From Asterionella formosa (lineage: Eukaryota), in contig NKIB01012822.1 in NCBI GenBank assembly GCA_002256025.1, positions 1 through 64,000 on the forward strand: a stretch of DNA of 64,000 nucleotides, written 5' to 3'. Both the position numbers and the translations under genes were made by a program. Position 1 is the stretch's first letter, and every line of letters starts with the position of its first letter. Below the pieces are notes generated by a model that had not been told where the DNA came from, searched no databases, and was given only the letters and a program-made list of their open reading frames with translations. Of this stretch, positions 9,890 to 20,184 are shown piece by piece.

Positions 9890-12800
9890 ATGATACGAAC
9901 TCCACTGATAGCCAACAGAATGGCTCCGATTCCGGTGAACCAAATTTGCGATGAGCTCTGGGGTTGTCAAGAAGGTGAACAAGCGGTACCCTGGTTACAA
10001 CTATTGAACCATTCCATATTGAGGGTAAAATTGGAAACATACGATGTCGCGGAATGTTTCCTGTCTGTGCAAGGGACAGCATTCCGATTCTCAGCTCCCG
10101 TGAAGCCAGGCGAAGAGCCCCCAGAGGGCAGAGGCGAATACGACGATGAGATCTTGTCACGCCTTTGGGAAGAAAGTATTTGGGCGGCTGCTGCAATGGC
10201 AAGAATCTGTGTAGGTCCTGCTTGGGTGTTTCAATTACAACAGAGTCGGACATTTTTGTCAAACAACCACCTCGGTCCCTCTGTCGACGATGCCACCTGG
10301 ACAACAGGGACGAGTAATAACAGCTTGCAGAACGACACCACCCCTTTGGAAGTAGTCTCCACGAACAATTCATCTCCTCGTTCCTCTTCTCCCATGACAT
10401 TCGCATCTGCTGTTGAAAGTGACGTACATTTTCCTCCGATACCAGAGGCATTGCCAGGTGCCATGCTGCGCTTCGGAGCGTCCGCTTTGGAATTTCTCCC
10501 CAGGCACTTGACTACTCGATGCTTAGCTGAAGGCCAACGGGAATTGGTTCTGGCATTATGCTGTTACAATTCTGGGGAGCTTGAGGGACCCGAAAGATTA
10601 GAATGGACCATTCCAGGAGCTCATGAACCTGTCGAAATTATGATGAGATTTTGGCTCGAGTCAACAATCTTTGGGCGTTGGGGACCAAACAACCCTCTAG
10701 CCGTTCTGCCAATGAAGTCGCAGATTATTTCAACAGAAATAGAGTTAGGTTGGAATGCACAAGGACAAGAAGACCATACAGCAGCACTAAAAAGCCCGAC
10801 AGCTACTGGCTTAGAACCCATGGTCACCGGTGACAATGCTGAATTAGACACCGTTCTTCTGATGATGGATCAACTAAAGGGACGAACCTTAGACTGGTGG
10901 TATTGTTTACAAGTCGCTCGAGCATCTATGGATCTCATCTCGTCCGGCTGGAGACCACAGCGTGGTCATGATGTTGTAATTCACCTGCTGGATATGGCAG
11001 AAAAGGGAGTATCACTAGTTGGTCTCACGTGTGATTCTACTGACACAGGCAAAAAAGGACGCGAAGAAAGACTGGCGGCAACGGCTAGTGCTGCCGAAGC
11101 TATTTCTGCCTTGTCGTCAATGGGATCACGAGGCGTGATACCTGAAAGTGTGCAAGCACAAGTTGTCCATGTGTTGGTTACCATTCAAGTTGTTGCAAGT
11201 CAATCGGATAAGATAGTGGCGATCCTTTATCCAGTCGAGGAATCAGGTCTGACAGAGGATGAAGGAGAGAGGCAACTGGAACGGGAAACCTTTCTATCGC
11301 AACGGGATGCATGTTTCACTGATACCTTAGACCTTCTTTGGGTATTGTTAGCTGAGCATGAATCGGCGGTAATCTCATTTGCCACCTTGGTAGAAATACT
11401 CAACGGCAACTCAAATGCCAGGGCAGCTGTCGCCGTAAGAGTATTAAGTGGAGCACTGTGGGGGAAGCCTCCCAGTGTTCCAAGTATTGATCAACTACGT
11501 ATTTATTGGCGAGAGTTGCTTGATATGTTGGCAAGGAAGTCGCATTCTAACTCACTGGAGATTCAACAAGGGAAATCACTACTTGAAATTGGTACAGTCG
11601 ACATGTTCGCCCTTGCCTTGGAAATAGTGGCAGCTCTTGGCAGATTCGTAGATGCAACACTTCTTCGTGGCACTGGCGATTTGACACCAGCCGAGTGGAA
11701 CTCTTTTATTCAGGCATTCGACGTCTCGATTGTAACGTGGCTCTCGTTCGACCATCGCATGTTCAAAATAAGCGCCGAAGTCGGCAGCATTTCTTCTCAA
11801 ATTCAAAAACAGACAATGCTACTAAGTAAGATTCAACAAGAGATCGAGAACATGTTGTTGAAAGTTGGTGACTTCTTGGACCGAGCCGCGACTAGTGAAG
11901 CCAGGCCATACCATTTCATTGTTGACGATAAGTGCCGAAGTGACCTACACCTCATGCTAATGAGAAAGGCCATACCTAGAATGAGTGAGACGAAAGGGAC
12001 AATGATTGGTTGCAGTGTGATTCGATCATGGGCATCAGTTGACTTTTTGCCTTATCGCAGAGATGAATGGGTCGCATCTGCATCAAACATGGTGAAGGAG
12101 GCATTCACAGTTGTAACAGACGTCAATTCCAGTGTGCACCTCGGGTATATGCATTCACCATTAGTGCGACTTGAAGTACTAAAGTTAGTCACTTTCAATG
12201 ATGATTATCAAGGTAGTTGGTGTATGTATTCAGTCGATGAAGAAAGTACTTCAAATTCCAACTCTTCCTTATTCATTTCTCCATTTCGAGCCACTCGTTT
12301 TCTCCGTGAACATCATCTTGAACTTATTAACGAAGTACTCATTCCTGCTTTAAATAGGATATTTGGTTTTGAAAAAGGTGGTACCTTGTTCCCCAATGTC
12401 ATGTCAACTCAAGAAACTTGGCAGAGGACAGTTGGTTACACTAACCGAGACCAATCCATTCGATTAGATAACGCTGAGTTCTCGTTACGAAAGTACTCAG
12501 TACAGCTCATCGGTATCTTGTTTCGGAATGAAGCAGGAGAGAAAGAACATCGCAAACTATGCATTGAAATGCTTCGTGCGATAGCCAGTTGGCCACGCGA
12601 CGAGATTGAAAGAGCGGAGCTGGAAGAAGTCAGAGGCTCAAATATTTCGGAAGGAAATCTATTTTCAAAACCAGTCATCATCGCAGTTGAAGCCATTCGA
12701 CAACTTGAGCTCTGCCTAAGCGCCACGTTCCATCGACTTCCCTACTCGCACAACAGCGCAGTTTTGATTGTTGAGGCCTTTCGAATGTTGCTAGAGGAAG

Positions 12801-15661
12801 CGAGTGCAGCAATGCAACAATCTTGCAATCGCACTGATGTCCAGACGCAGCTTTCATATGTCTTGCTTGCATTTGGTACTATTCTTCCATTGGCTAGACT
12901 CCGAACGACTTTTGACAAGCGCATATTTTTGGCTGACAGAGAGGACGTGCTCTGGCACGTGCCAGGCTCGCTTTCTCCCTTTCTCGTCGACCAAAACAAA
13001 GAGTGGGCCGACTTAAAGTATTACGGTAACATTGCTGCATCATTTGTGGCCGAAGAAGAAGATTTAGTGGTTGATCACGCAATAACTCATGGACTCCGAG
13101 CAGTAACAAAATGGAGTCTACTATCATTCTCTCCAATAGTTTCCTCTCTCCTTATTTCCCTCCAAGCTTTTTTTGACGTTGCTTGTTTGCTCGGGGAAAA
13201 TACAGCGTCACTTAGATTTCTCAATGATTTGCAAGAGCGACTCATTGCAACTTGCTTGGATGCATTGGGGAACTTTATAATTTCTGGCGCAAATTTACAA
13301 AATCTTCTCAACATTACTTCGGTGCTTTCATCCATGCCGAAGCCGAAGGGCACTTACAGGAAGGAAGTGGAGGTTTCAACTTGCAAAACATCAACTGTTG
13401 TTGCACAGCAGACGATTGCAATGGTATACAATGACACGTCCCAACAACTACTAAAAGCACAATCCAAGGAAGCCACCGTGAAATCAATCAATGGCCTTGT
13501 TGATGTGATTTTGGAAACATGCTCATCTGATGATATTGAGATTACTATTGCTGGATGCCGGAATCTTCGAGCTCTTCTTGTGTCAGGATCGTGTAGCCAC
13601 GGCTTGTTTAGATCAGGAAACCCATCAATTGTTCTAAGAATTTTGTGCCAACGACTTACAGTTGCAACATACGACACAGCGAAGCCTTCTAGTGACCAGT
13701 CAGATGGGAGCACAGAATATTGGATGCATGGAGGAGATGTGATATTGGCGCTTTTGTCGGCAATATATGATGTGGTGCATCAATTTAAGGTCTTTGGTGA
13801 TCGAGTAGTGGCCAATGCTGAAAGGGATTTAATGAGGGATGTTATGACACTTTGTTTCAATGTTGTGCAGCTCCCTGACCAAACTAAAGCACGCCGAACA
13901 TCAGCAATGCGATGTGCTTTGATAGCTTCAAACATGCATTTCTTGTGCACCTTTGACTCTCAAGTGGCCATATCAATGGAAACATTAGGCGAGGTGAGTA
14001 CATTTTTGACCACAGACGACACAGGAAATACACACGAACAAAAAATTTGGATAGAACTCTTGCAAAGGCGACAACAGGAACTATATTATTCCCAAGGAAA
14101 GATTGTTCTACTCAATGCGGTAGAGATTCACGAAAGAGCTGCTCAGGAAACGGAAAACATTAAAAGATTTGTTGTGGAAGTGTGTGAAGGATCAGAAATT
14201 TGTGCTGCATGGCTGTGCGGTCATTGCCTACTAATTATTCGTCTTGGAGCTAAACACTCAAGATATTGTGGATGGGTAGAAGTGACATTGCATTCTCTTT
14301 CCTTTCGAAAGCGAACTTTAGTCCGAATTTCGAATTCAGTGTCTCTTGACTGGCCAGAATTGCCATCGTCGCTGTGGGTGGACATCACCAGTGATGATGC
14401 AATGACTTTACAGCTTTCAGCAACAGATATTTCACCTAATCCTATCCAGTTGCCAGTCAAATCCGATGCTTTGTCACGGGCATTACAACTTTTGTCACGG
14501 GCTGATGCAGAGCTGTACAGAAATATTGACGTGCAAATTCATCAAGGAGTAGACATTGTAGGATGCCCAATCCTTCCCCATCCAACCTCTCCTGGGAGGC
14601 ACAGCTGCGGCACTCGTTCTCCGATGACCTCGCCTCCTGCAAATTCTGTAATGAGGAAGACCGACGAGGAAAAGATACCTGCAAAAACACTCCGTAACTC
14701 TGAAAGTTTTATATCAATTGAAACGGCTAACTCTATTCACAGCTGGTTATGTGAAGTGTTTAGTCCTGCGGGGGATGAGAAAGTAGAATGCGTTGAGGAT
14801 TTCCTTGAGCAAATTGGACTTTCAAAACAGGACTTGATATCAAATACGACCTTGCCGAACCACGAGAGGTCCAAATATGGGATGCATCCAATAGTGAGAC
14901 TAAGAATGGATGCAAAAGCGAAGCGAGCCATTTCAATTCTAGATCGCACAACTACAATCAATGCTCACAAAGTAGCATTGCTCTACGCTGGCAGACCTAT
15001 GACATGCAAAACAGAAGAACCAGACCAAGCATCCTTCGAAGCCTTTCTCCTTCGTACATCAATTGCTTCCACAGCTTTCCACGAATTTTCCTATCAGTTA
15101 GGCCGTCTCGTTAAAACAAGCCATCTCACCTATTTCTCTGGTGGCTTTGATACCTCTGGTCTCGATACTGATGGCAAATATGCATTAGTTTGGCTCGATA
15201 GTCTCACATTGGTGTTATTTCACACCGTTCTTTTCATGCCGGGTGGATTGAATGCAAGGAAACGCCATGTTGGAAACGACAACGTCCATATTTTGTTTGT
15301 TGAACCCTCGTGTTCTCTGTACCAGGAACTGTCCAGTAACGGATCAGAAATTGAAACATCATCTACACTTGTTAGTGGGCAATTTGGTTTCTTGACAATA
15401 TTTGTTCTGCCCATGCATCACATGTACCGCATCATTGTCCAGTTGAGGCCAGGTTTGGACAAAAAGATGAGATCTCAGCTGATTCACTTCTGTGGTGAAG
15501 ACTTGGTACCGAAGACAGAGGCTGCGGCCGAATACGTCAGGCATATGGCAGTGTGCGCAGATTTGGCCTGCCGATCTGTCATGGAAGATTTGCTCGGACC
15601 TCCTACAGTATGGGAAGACAGATTTTCGCAGTTGAACAACATGGAGCGCTACACGATGTAA
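9890..15661 (+). CDS. Large Rap/Ran-GAP domain protein, tuberin (TSC2)/RalGAP-like
   Basis: 1923-aa ORF with C-terminal motifs AISILDRT..HKVALLYAG, YFSGGFD...DTDGKYA, VLFHTVLFMP and RKRHVGNDNVHILF (Asn-thumb motif). GWVEVTL..L upstream resembles the tuberin GWAEI motif. Confidence 0.8.
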   Translation: MIRTPLIANRMAPIPVNQICDELWGCQEGEQAVPWLQLLNHSILRVKLETYDVAECFLSVQGTAFRFSAPVKPGEEPPEGRGEYDDEILSRLWEESIWAAAAMARICVGPAWVFQLQQSRTFLSNNHLGPSVDDATWTTGTSNNSLQNDTTPLEVVSTNNSSPRSSSPMTFASAVESDVHFPPIPEALPGAMLRFGASALEFLPRHLTTRCLAEGQRELVLALCCYNSGELEGPERLEWTIPGAHEPVEIMMRFWLESTIFGRWGPNNPLAVLPMKSQIISTEIELGWNAQGQEDHTAALKSPTATGLEPMVTGDNAELDTVLLMMDQLKGRTLDWWYCLQVARASMDLISSGWRPQRGHDVVIHLLDMAEKGVSLVGLTCDSTDTGKKGREERLAATASAAEAISALSSMGSRGVIPESVQAQVVHVLVTIQVVASQSDKIVAILYPVEESGLTEDEGERQLERETFLSQRDACFTDTLDLLWVLLAEHESAVISFATLVEILNGNSNARAAVAVRVLSGALWGKPPSVPSIDQLRIYWRELLDMLARKSHSNSLEIQQGKSLLEIGTVDMFALALEIVAALGRFVDATLLRGTGDLTPAEWNSFIQAFDVSIVTWLSFDHRMFKISAEVGSISSQIQKQTMLLSKIQQEIENMLLKVGDFLDRAATSEARPYHFIVDDKCRSDLHLMLMRKAIPRMSETKGTMIGCSVIRSWASVDFLPYRRDEWVASASNMVKEAFTVVTDVNSSVHLGYMHSPLVRLEVLKLVTFNDDYQGSWCMYSVDEESTSNSNSSLFISPFRATRFLREHHLELINEVLIPALNRIFGFEKGGTLFPNVMSTQETWQRTVGYTNRDQSIRLDNAEFSLRKYSVQLIGILFRNEAGEKEHRKLCIEMLRAIASWPRDEIERAELEEVRGSNISEGNLFSKPVIIAVEAIRQLELCLSATFHRLPYSHNSAVLIVEAFRMLLEEASAAMQQSCNRTDVQTQLSYVLLAFGTILPLARLRTTFDKRIFLADREDVLWHVPGSLSPFLVDQNKEWADLKYYGNIAASFVAEEEDLVVDHAITHGLRAVTKWSLLSFSPIVSSLLISLQAFFDVACLLGENTASLRFLNDLQERLIATCLDALGNFIISGANLQNLLNITSVLSSMPKPKGTYRKEVEVSTCKTSTVVAQQTIAMVYNDTSQQLLKAQSKEATVKSINGLVDVILETCSSDDIEITIAGCRNLRALLVSGSCSHGLFRSGNPSIVLRILCQRLTVATYDTAKPSSDQSDGSTEYWMHGGDVILALLSAIYDVVHQFKVFGDRVVANAERDLMRDVMTLCFNVVQLPDQTKARRTSAMRCALIASNMHFLCTFDSQVAISMETLGEVSTFLTTDDTGNTHEQKIWIELLQRRQQELYYSQGKIVLLNAVEIHERAAQETENIKRFVVEVCEGSEICAAWLCGHCLLIIRLGAKHSRYCGWVEVTLHSLSFRKRTLVRISNSVSLDWPELPSSLWVDITSDDAMTLQLSATDISPNPIQLPVKSDALSRALQLLSRADAELYRNIDVQIHQGVDIVGCPILPHPTSPGRHSCGTRSPMTSPPANSVMRKTDEEKIPAKTLRNSESFISIETANSIHSWLCEVFSPAGDEKVECVEDFLEQIGLSKQDLISNTTLPNHERSKYGMHPIVRLRMDAKAKRAISILDRTTTINAHKVALLYAGRPMTCKTEEPDQASFEAFLLRTSIASTAFHEFSYQLGRLVKTSHLTYFSGGFDTSGLDTDGKYALVWLDSLTLVLFHTVLFMPGGLNARKRHVGNDNVHILFVEPSCSLYQELSSNGSEIETSSTLVSGQFGFLTIFVLPMHHMYRIIVQLRPGLDKKMRSQLIHFCGEDLVPKTEAAAEYVRHMAVCADLACRSVMEDLLGPPTVWEDRFSQLNNMERYTM

Positions 15662-15758
15662 TACCCTTCTATCAATTTCTTAATGAATATTTAAACAATG
15701 GTTCAGAAACACGAAATTTGGTTTAATGTGCAACTCAGTCCCTGTAGACGCCTGTCAT

Positions 15759-17673
15759 TTACAACCGAGGAATTTTACGAAAGAAATAACTACCAAATTC
15801 GTCCCACGTTCCGCAACGACCACTCGATGCAGGAAGCGCAGCACTGGCTGATTGAGCTACTCCATTTGGTGGAGTATTGACGGGATTTCTGTTAATCACA
15901 TCTAGCGATTGAGTGAATGTGTTGTTTTCTTCTACTCCAGCGTCGCCCTCCTCGTTGCCATATTCGTCGTCATAACTTTCCATGCCTGAAGTTATTACAT
16001 CAGCAGCATCATCCCCGAGAACGCTTGGCAACCATGGAAGAAAGTGCAGCTCCGGCGGTACCGTGGAATGCAAGACGACCCATCCTCGCTGTCGCCGTGC
16101 CATCGTCGCCAACGACCAATGTTCCATCAGGATTAGTAGAATCGTTAACACCACGAGTTCCATCACCAGCGGCGGGTGCATCGTTTGGGGCGTTATCATC
16201 GCCAATGTCCTCTATTGCAGCTATGAAATCTTCCAGTACTGTAGCACTGTCTTCGCTCATCATGGAAGTTACTTCACCAAAGGCCATATCGGTTACCATC
16301 CCGGCAGCTACACCTCCCATGGCACCAATGAGCATACCTTTCGCTGAGCCAAACATTCCTTGATTCTCCTGTGGTACATTGGGATCGTTTGGATTGCTTG
16401 ATCCTGAACGATTTCGGGGGTTTTGATCACCACTGGACTTATTAAGTTCGACTTCGTCTCCCTCAAGCTCCTCTTGAAAATGTTCTTGGAAAGTTGTTTC
16501 TTCTTCAACTTCAACTTCAGTAGCACCAAATTCTATACCAGGATTGAGGTCCGACAAGCTGATGCCAGGATTTAGAGCCGAAAAGTCGACACCAAGGGCC
16601 CCAGCTATACTTCCAAAAGCGCCCATGTAGCCTATAGCTCCTCCAACATCAGGATCGTTGCTTTTGCTGCTATCTTTTCCTCGTTGCTTATTACCAACAT
16701 TTTCTTTTGTTTCATCTTCGACAGCTTGGAAAATATTCTGTGCTTCGTCTTCAGGTTCCTGGACATATAAATCGTCTCCTTCAATGGCGGGTAAACTTTC
16801 AGGAATTTCATACTGAAAGCCGTCTGGATCTGCGAAATCGGCTTCGATGAGGTCAGGGCATTCACCCAAAGCACGCAAGTTTTCTGGGTCAACGAGAATC
16901 TTCATAGTTTCTGGGTCTTTCATAAGCTCGGCGCAGAGGGGGTTTGCTTCTCTTAATGCCGAGAGTTGAGGGTCATTGTCAATGGCCTCATCCATTGATT
17001 CTGGATCGGCAAGCAATCCTTGCATCTTTTCTTGAACCTCGGGGTCCTCCATATGATCTGCAGCACTATAAAGCAGCAACTTTGCTTGTGCATTTTCTAA
17101 GTTCTCTGGAGGCGCTTCTGGCGGATCTGGTGGCGCATCAAAAAAGCAGGATGTAAATATCCCTGTTATAAACGTCAAACCTTTGGTTGGAGAAAGGAGC
17201 CCCATAACTTTCTTTACAAACATAAGAATCCTGAAGACTTTGAACAATGGATGCGCTGTTATGATCCTCCACCTCTCTATTGCGGAATCGTACCACTTGG
17301 TTATGAGCCATGGCTCCTTTGGGGGGTCGTATTCGGGCAAGACACCACCATTGTCTCTGAACACTTTTTCGAAGTTAATCTTTACCAGTTTGGGGTCTTC
17401 AAAGATGGGTCTCAAATCAGGATGCTCAACTAGCAACGCCTGTAAACGAGGGCAGTCCTTGTAGATGCTCTTGGCGAACGCTGGATCTTCTCGAATGCGA
17501 AAAACGATTTCACGCATGATCTCCAAGTTGTCTTTCAAGACCCCCTGAGTCTTGTCCTCCATTTCATCGGTAGCGTTGGTATCCTTTTCACTCACGCCAG
17601 CGTCGTCTATTGGAGCCATTTTGGGCACGTCGTCCAGCATTTCCCACTTCCCATCTCTGCCAAAGAACCTCAT
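15759..17673 (-). CDS. Acidic protein with STI1/DP-like helical domains; probable 1-bp frameshift at 16025-16026 (annotated frame stops at 16009)
   Basis: Likely start MRFFGRDG at 17673. Motifs PRLQALLVEHPDLRPIFEDP and PQLSALREANPLCAELMKDPETMKILVDPENL. The alternative frame continues to a stop at 15759. Confidence 0.75.
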
Positions 17674-18516
17674 GGTGATCAATTCTTTGTTTGTCGAGTG
17701 CGCAGCAAGCAGTCTAGAGAGGAATAAATAATAAGTAAAAGGATTGACCAATAAAATACAGCAAAACGATACCTTGGTACATAGGAGTACCGGCATTATA
17801 CTTCGTGCTCCTTACCATTTTTTGGTATATCTGGTACCGTATAGTCTACAGTAGTAGCCAGGCGACATTAGTACGGGTACCGGTATATTTGCTCAAAGAA
17901 TATCACACAGTACATCGGGTTCATGATGTTGGTGCATATATGCAAATCACTACCACGACCACCGGCATAGAATTAGCTATAGCTACCGGTACTCCCAGTA
18001 ACAGGTAGAACGTACTCCTACGACTGCATGATTACCGGCACACGATATGTTTGATATAAAAACTGTGAATTTCTTCGGTCTGTACATATGACGTTTTCCT
18101 TTTAAAAAAATCGTCGACGATAAATTTACCATCACGACTCCGAAGAATAAATACATATCATGGGATAAACTTCCCGTACATTACATACACGGTATGCATA
18201 GAGACCTTCAATACATAGCGAGAAGATTCACATGTAGAAACAGGTCAATTATGAAGATACCACACATTTTTATGTTTCCTAGAGTCTACTCCCACTTGAG
18301 GGAGTTGCATCCAAACATTCAACCACCACAACTCACATGGGTAATAAAGAGCACATCAACAATGGCAATTCTGTGACAAGTGCTCCTAATATTATTGCTA
18401 TCGAAAAAATAACTTCATCACCAAAAGTTTATTGTCTTTCATTAAAGTAGTTTCTTATTGTATTTCCACTGAAATTTACTTGTCCCGGGTTTCTCCGAAG
18501 AGGAGGCAAACTACAT

Positions 18517-20184
18517 TTATGAACTCTTCCCCTGTGTGGTGCTTGGAGCCTTGTTCTGCTGTGCATTTTCTCTATTAAGCCGGAGTCCATCATCGGCCTC
18601 GTAAAGTCCAAGGGCTCTGGCTCCATCAGCCCAATACTGCTTGCCACCACTTGCTGTATCCCTTCTCTCGCGCAGGGTCTTGAGTTCCACCTTGAGTGGA
18701 TCGTCAATGCATTGACAGGACTCGCACAAATGTGAGCTGGCCATGTTTTGGGCTGCCTGATAGACCCCCTGCAGCTTTGCAGGATAGTAAACTGCACCTC
18801 GTCCACGTTGACGTAGGGGCAATGATGCGCAATGCTTGCAACGGATACCAACTTGTCCTAACGCGACTTGCTTCTTGCGACCCTGTGTATTGGATTCGAC
18901 ATCTTCTGGCTGAGCTTCAAACACCTCAAGTTGCTTTCGAACCATGATCTGGTACTCAGAGAGGTGTTCGTTGTCACATGCAAGTGACAGACTGACAGCA
19001 GGCGATTGCAGGTTTGGTCTGCTCAAGCTCCGGAGCTCGGCACTCATTCCTCGTCCTGCACCTGTACTCAATAACGACTGGCGGAACCCAACGCCTCCAG
19101 GCAAGCCACCGTTCATCATCATTTGTCGTCGCGCTTGAGTCATCGCCTCAGCATCGCCACCGCGTTGTTGGGCGTACATCATTTGCTGAAAGGTAGGAAA
19201 GCCACTAAAGCCGCTCATGTCGGGAAAGAAGGCGCCACGACCGCCGAATCCTAACCCGAGAGCAGCTGCTGGCTGTTCCGGAAATGCGCTGTTCTGCGAG
19301 CCTTCAGTTCCGCTGTTGGCAGATGCGCTGTTGGCAGATCCGCCAGCTTGAAGAGAGGCAGATGCCAGAGGGAATCGACGTTGGTGCTCGGGCATTAGTG
19401 AGAGCGCTTGGTGAGCGGATAGCGCTTGTTGAGCCCCAAAAGGGAAGCCCTGCACGGCGAACGGGTTTCCCCCAGCCATCATAAGCTGTTGCTGCAAAAA
19501 AGGATTTTCTTGCAGGCCCCCCATCCCAGCCATACTTCCCATGGCTCCAAGTTGTGCCATTTGCATTTCTCTGTAGATAGCTGAGTTTCCAAATAGAGAA
19601 TTTGCTCCTCCGATGCTTGGACCATCTCCGGATGCACTCGCTGTCGACTTGGCAGCACCATCGTCGCCTCCATCTACGACATTGTTTCCCTTGCCTCCAT
19701 TGGAATCCTGCTGTAGGATCTGCTCGCCATCAACGATGGCGATTCGGAGAGGGCCTCCTCCTGGAGTGTCCATGTCCCCAATGGCCTGACTTGTCTCCTT
19801 CACAACATCGTCACCATCTTGCGCGTTTGTTTGTAATCTCTCATTTCCTTCTGCCTCACCATCGTCTGGTTTGCTGTCGCCACGGGGACCGGCTTTTTCG
19901 TCATCAATGGCCTGGCTTGCCTCCTTTACAACATCCATGGAGTCTCCATGCTGCGAATCAGTTGGTAGCTGCTTCGTTCCTGCTACTTCGCTTTCGTCCG
20001 GCTTGATGTCGCCAAGAGGATGGTCTTCTACGATGACCGTAGACGCTTCATTTTCATGAGTGAGCACAGTGAGCGTCAGAGGTTTGTCGGTCTCCTTATC
20101 CTTGTCCTTGTCCTCGTTCTTCGTGACGTCGTCGATATCGCTTGCGACCGGTTTGGGAACGTCGCTGTCAAGACTGCGCTTCAT
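18517..20184 (-). CDS. Diatom-type hypothetical protein with low-complexity N-terminus and C-terminal Cys/His domain (GQVGIRCKHC...YYP...HL...C...GGKQYW)
   Basis: Long intact ORF with likely start MKRSLDSD at 20184. I recognise the C-terminal domain from expanded diatom hypothetical families; function unknown. Confidence 0.8.
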   Translation of the reverse strand: MKRSLDSDVPKPVASDIDDVTKNEDKDKDKETDKPLTLTVLTHENEASTVIVEDHPLGDIKPDESEVAGTKQLPTDSQHGDSMDVVKEASQAIDDEKAGPRGDSKPDDGEAEGNERLQTNAQDGDDVVKETSQAIGDMDTPGGGPLRIAIVDGEQILQQDSNGGKGNNVVDGGDDGAAKSTASASGDGPSIGGANSLFGNSAIYREMQMAQLGAMGSMAGMGGLQENPFLQQQLMMAGGNPFAVQGFPFGAQQALSAHQALSLMPEHQRRFPLASASLQAGGSANSASANSGTEGSQNSAFPEQPAAALGLGFGGRGAFFPDMSGFSGFPTFQQMMYAQQRGGDAEAMTQARRQMMMNGGLPGGVGFRQSLLSTGAGRGMSAELRSLSRPNLQSPAVSLSLACDNEHLSEYQIMVRKQLEVFEAQPEDVESNTQGRKKQVALGQVGIRCKHCASLPLRQRGRGAVYYPAKLQGVYQAAQNMASSHLCESCQCIDDPLKVELKTLRERRDTASGGKQYWADGARALGLYEADDGLRLNRENAQQNKAPSTTQGKSS

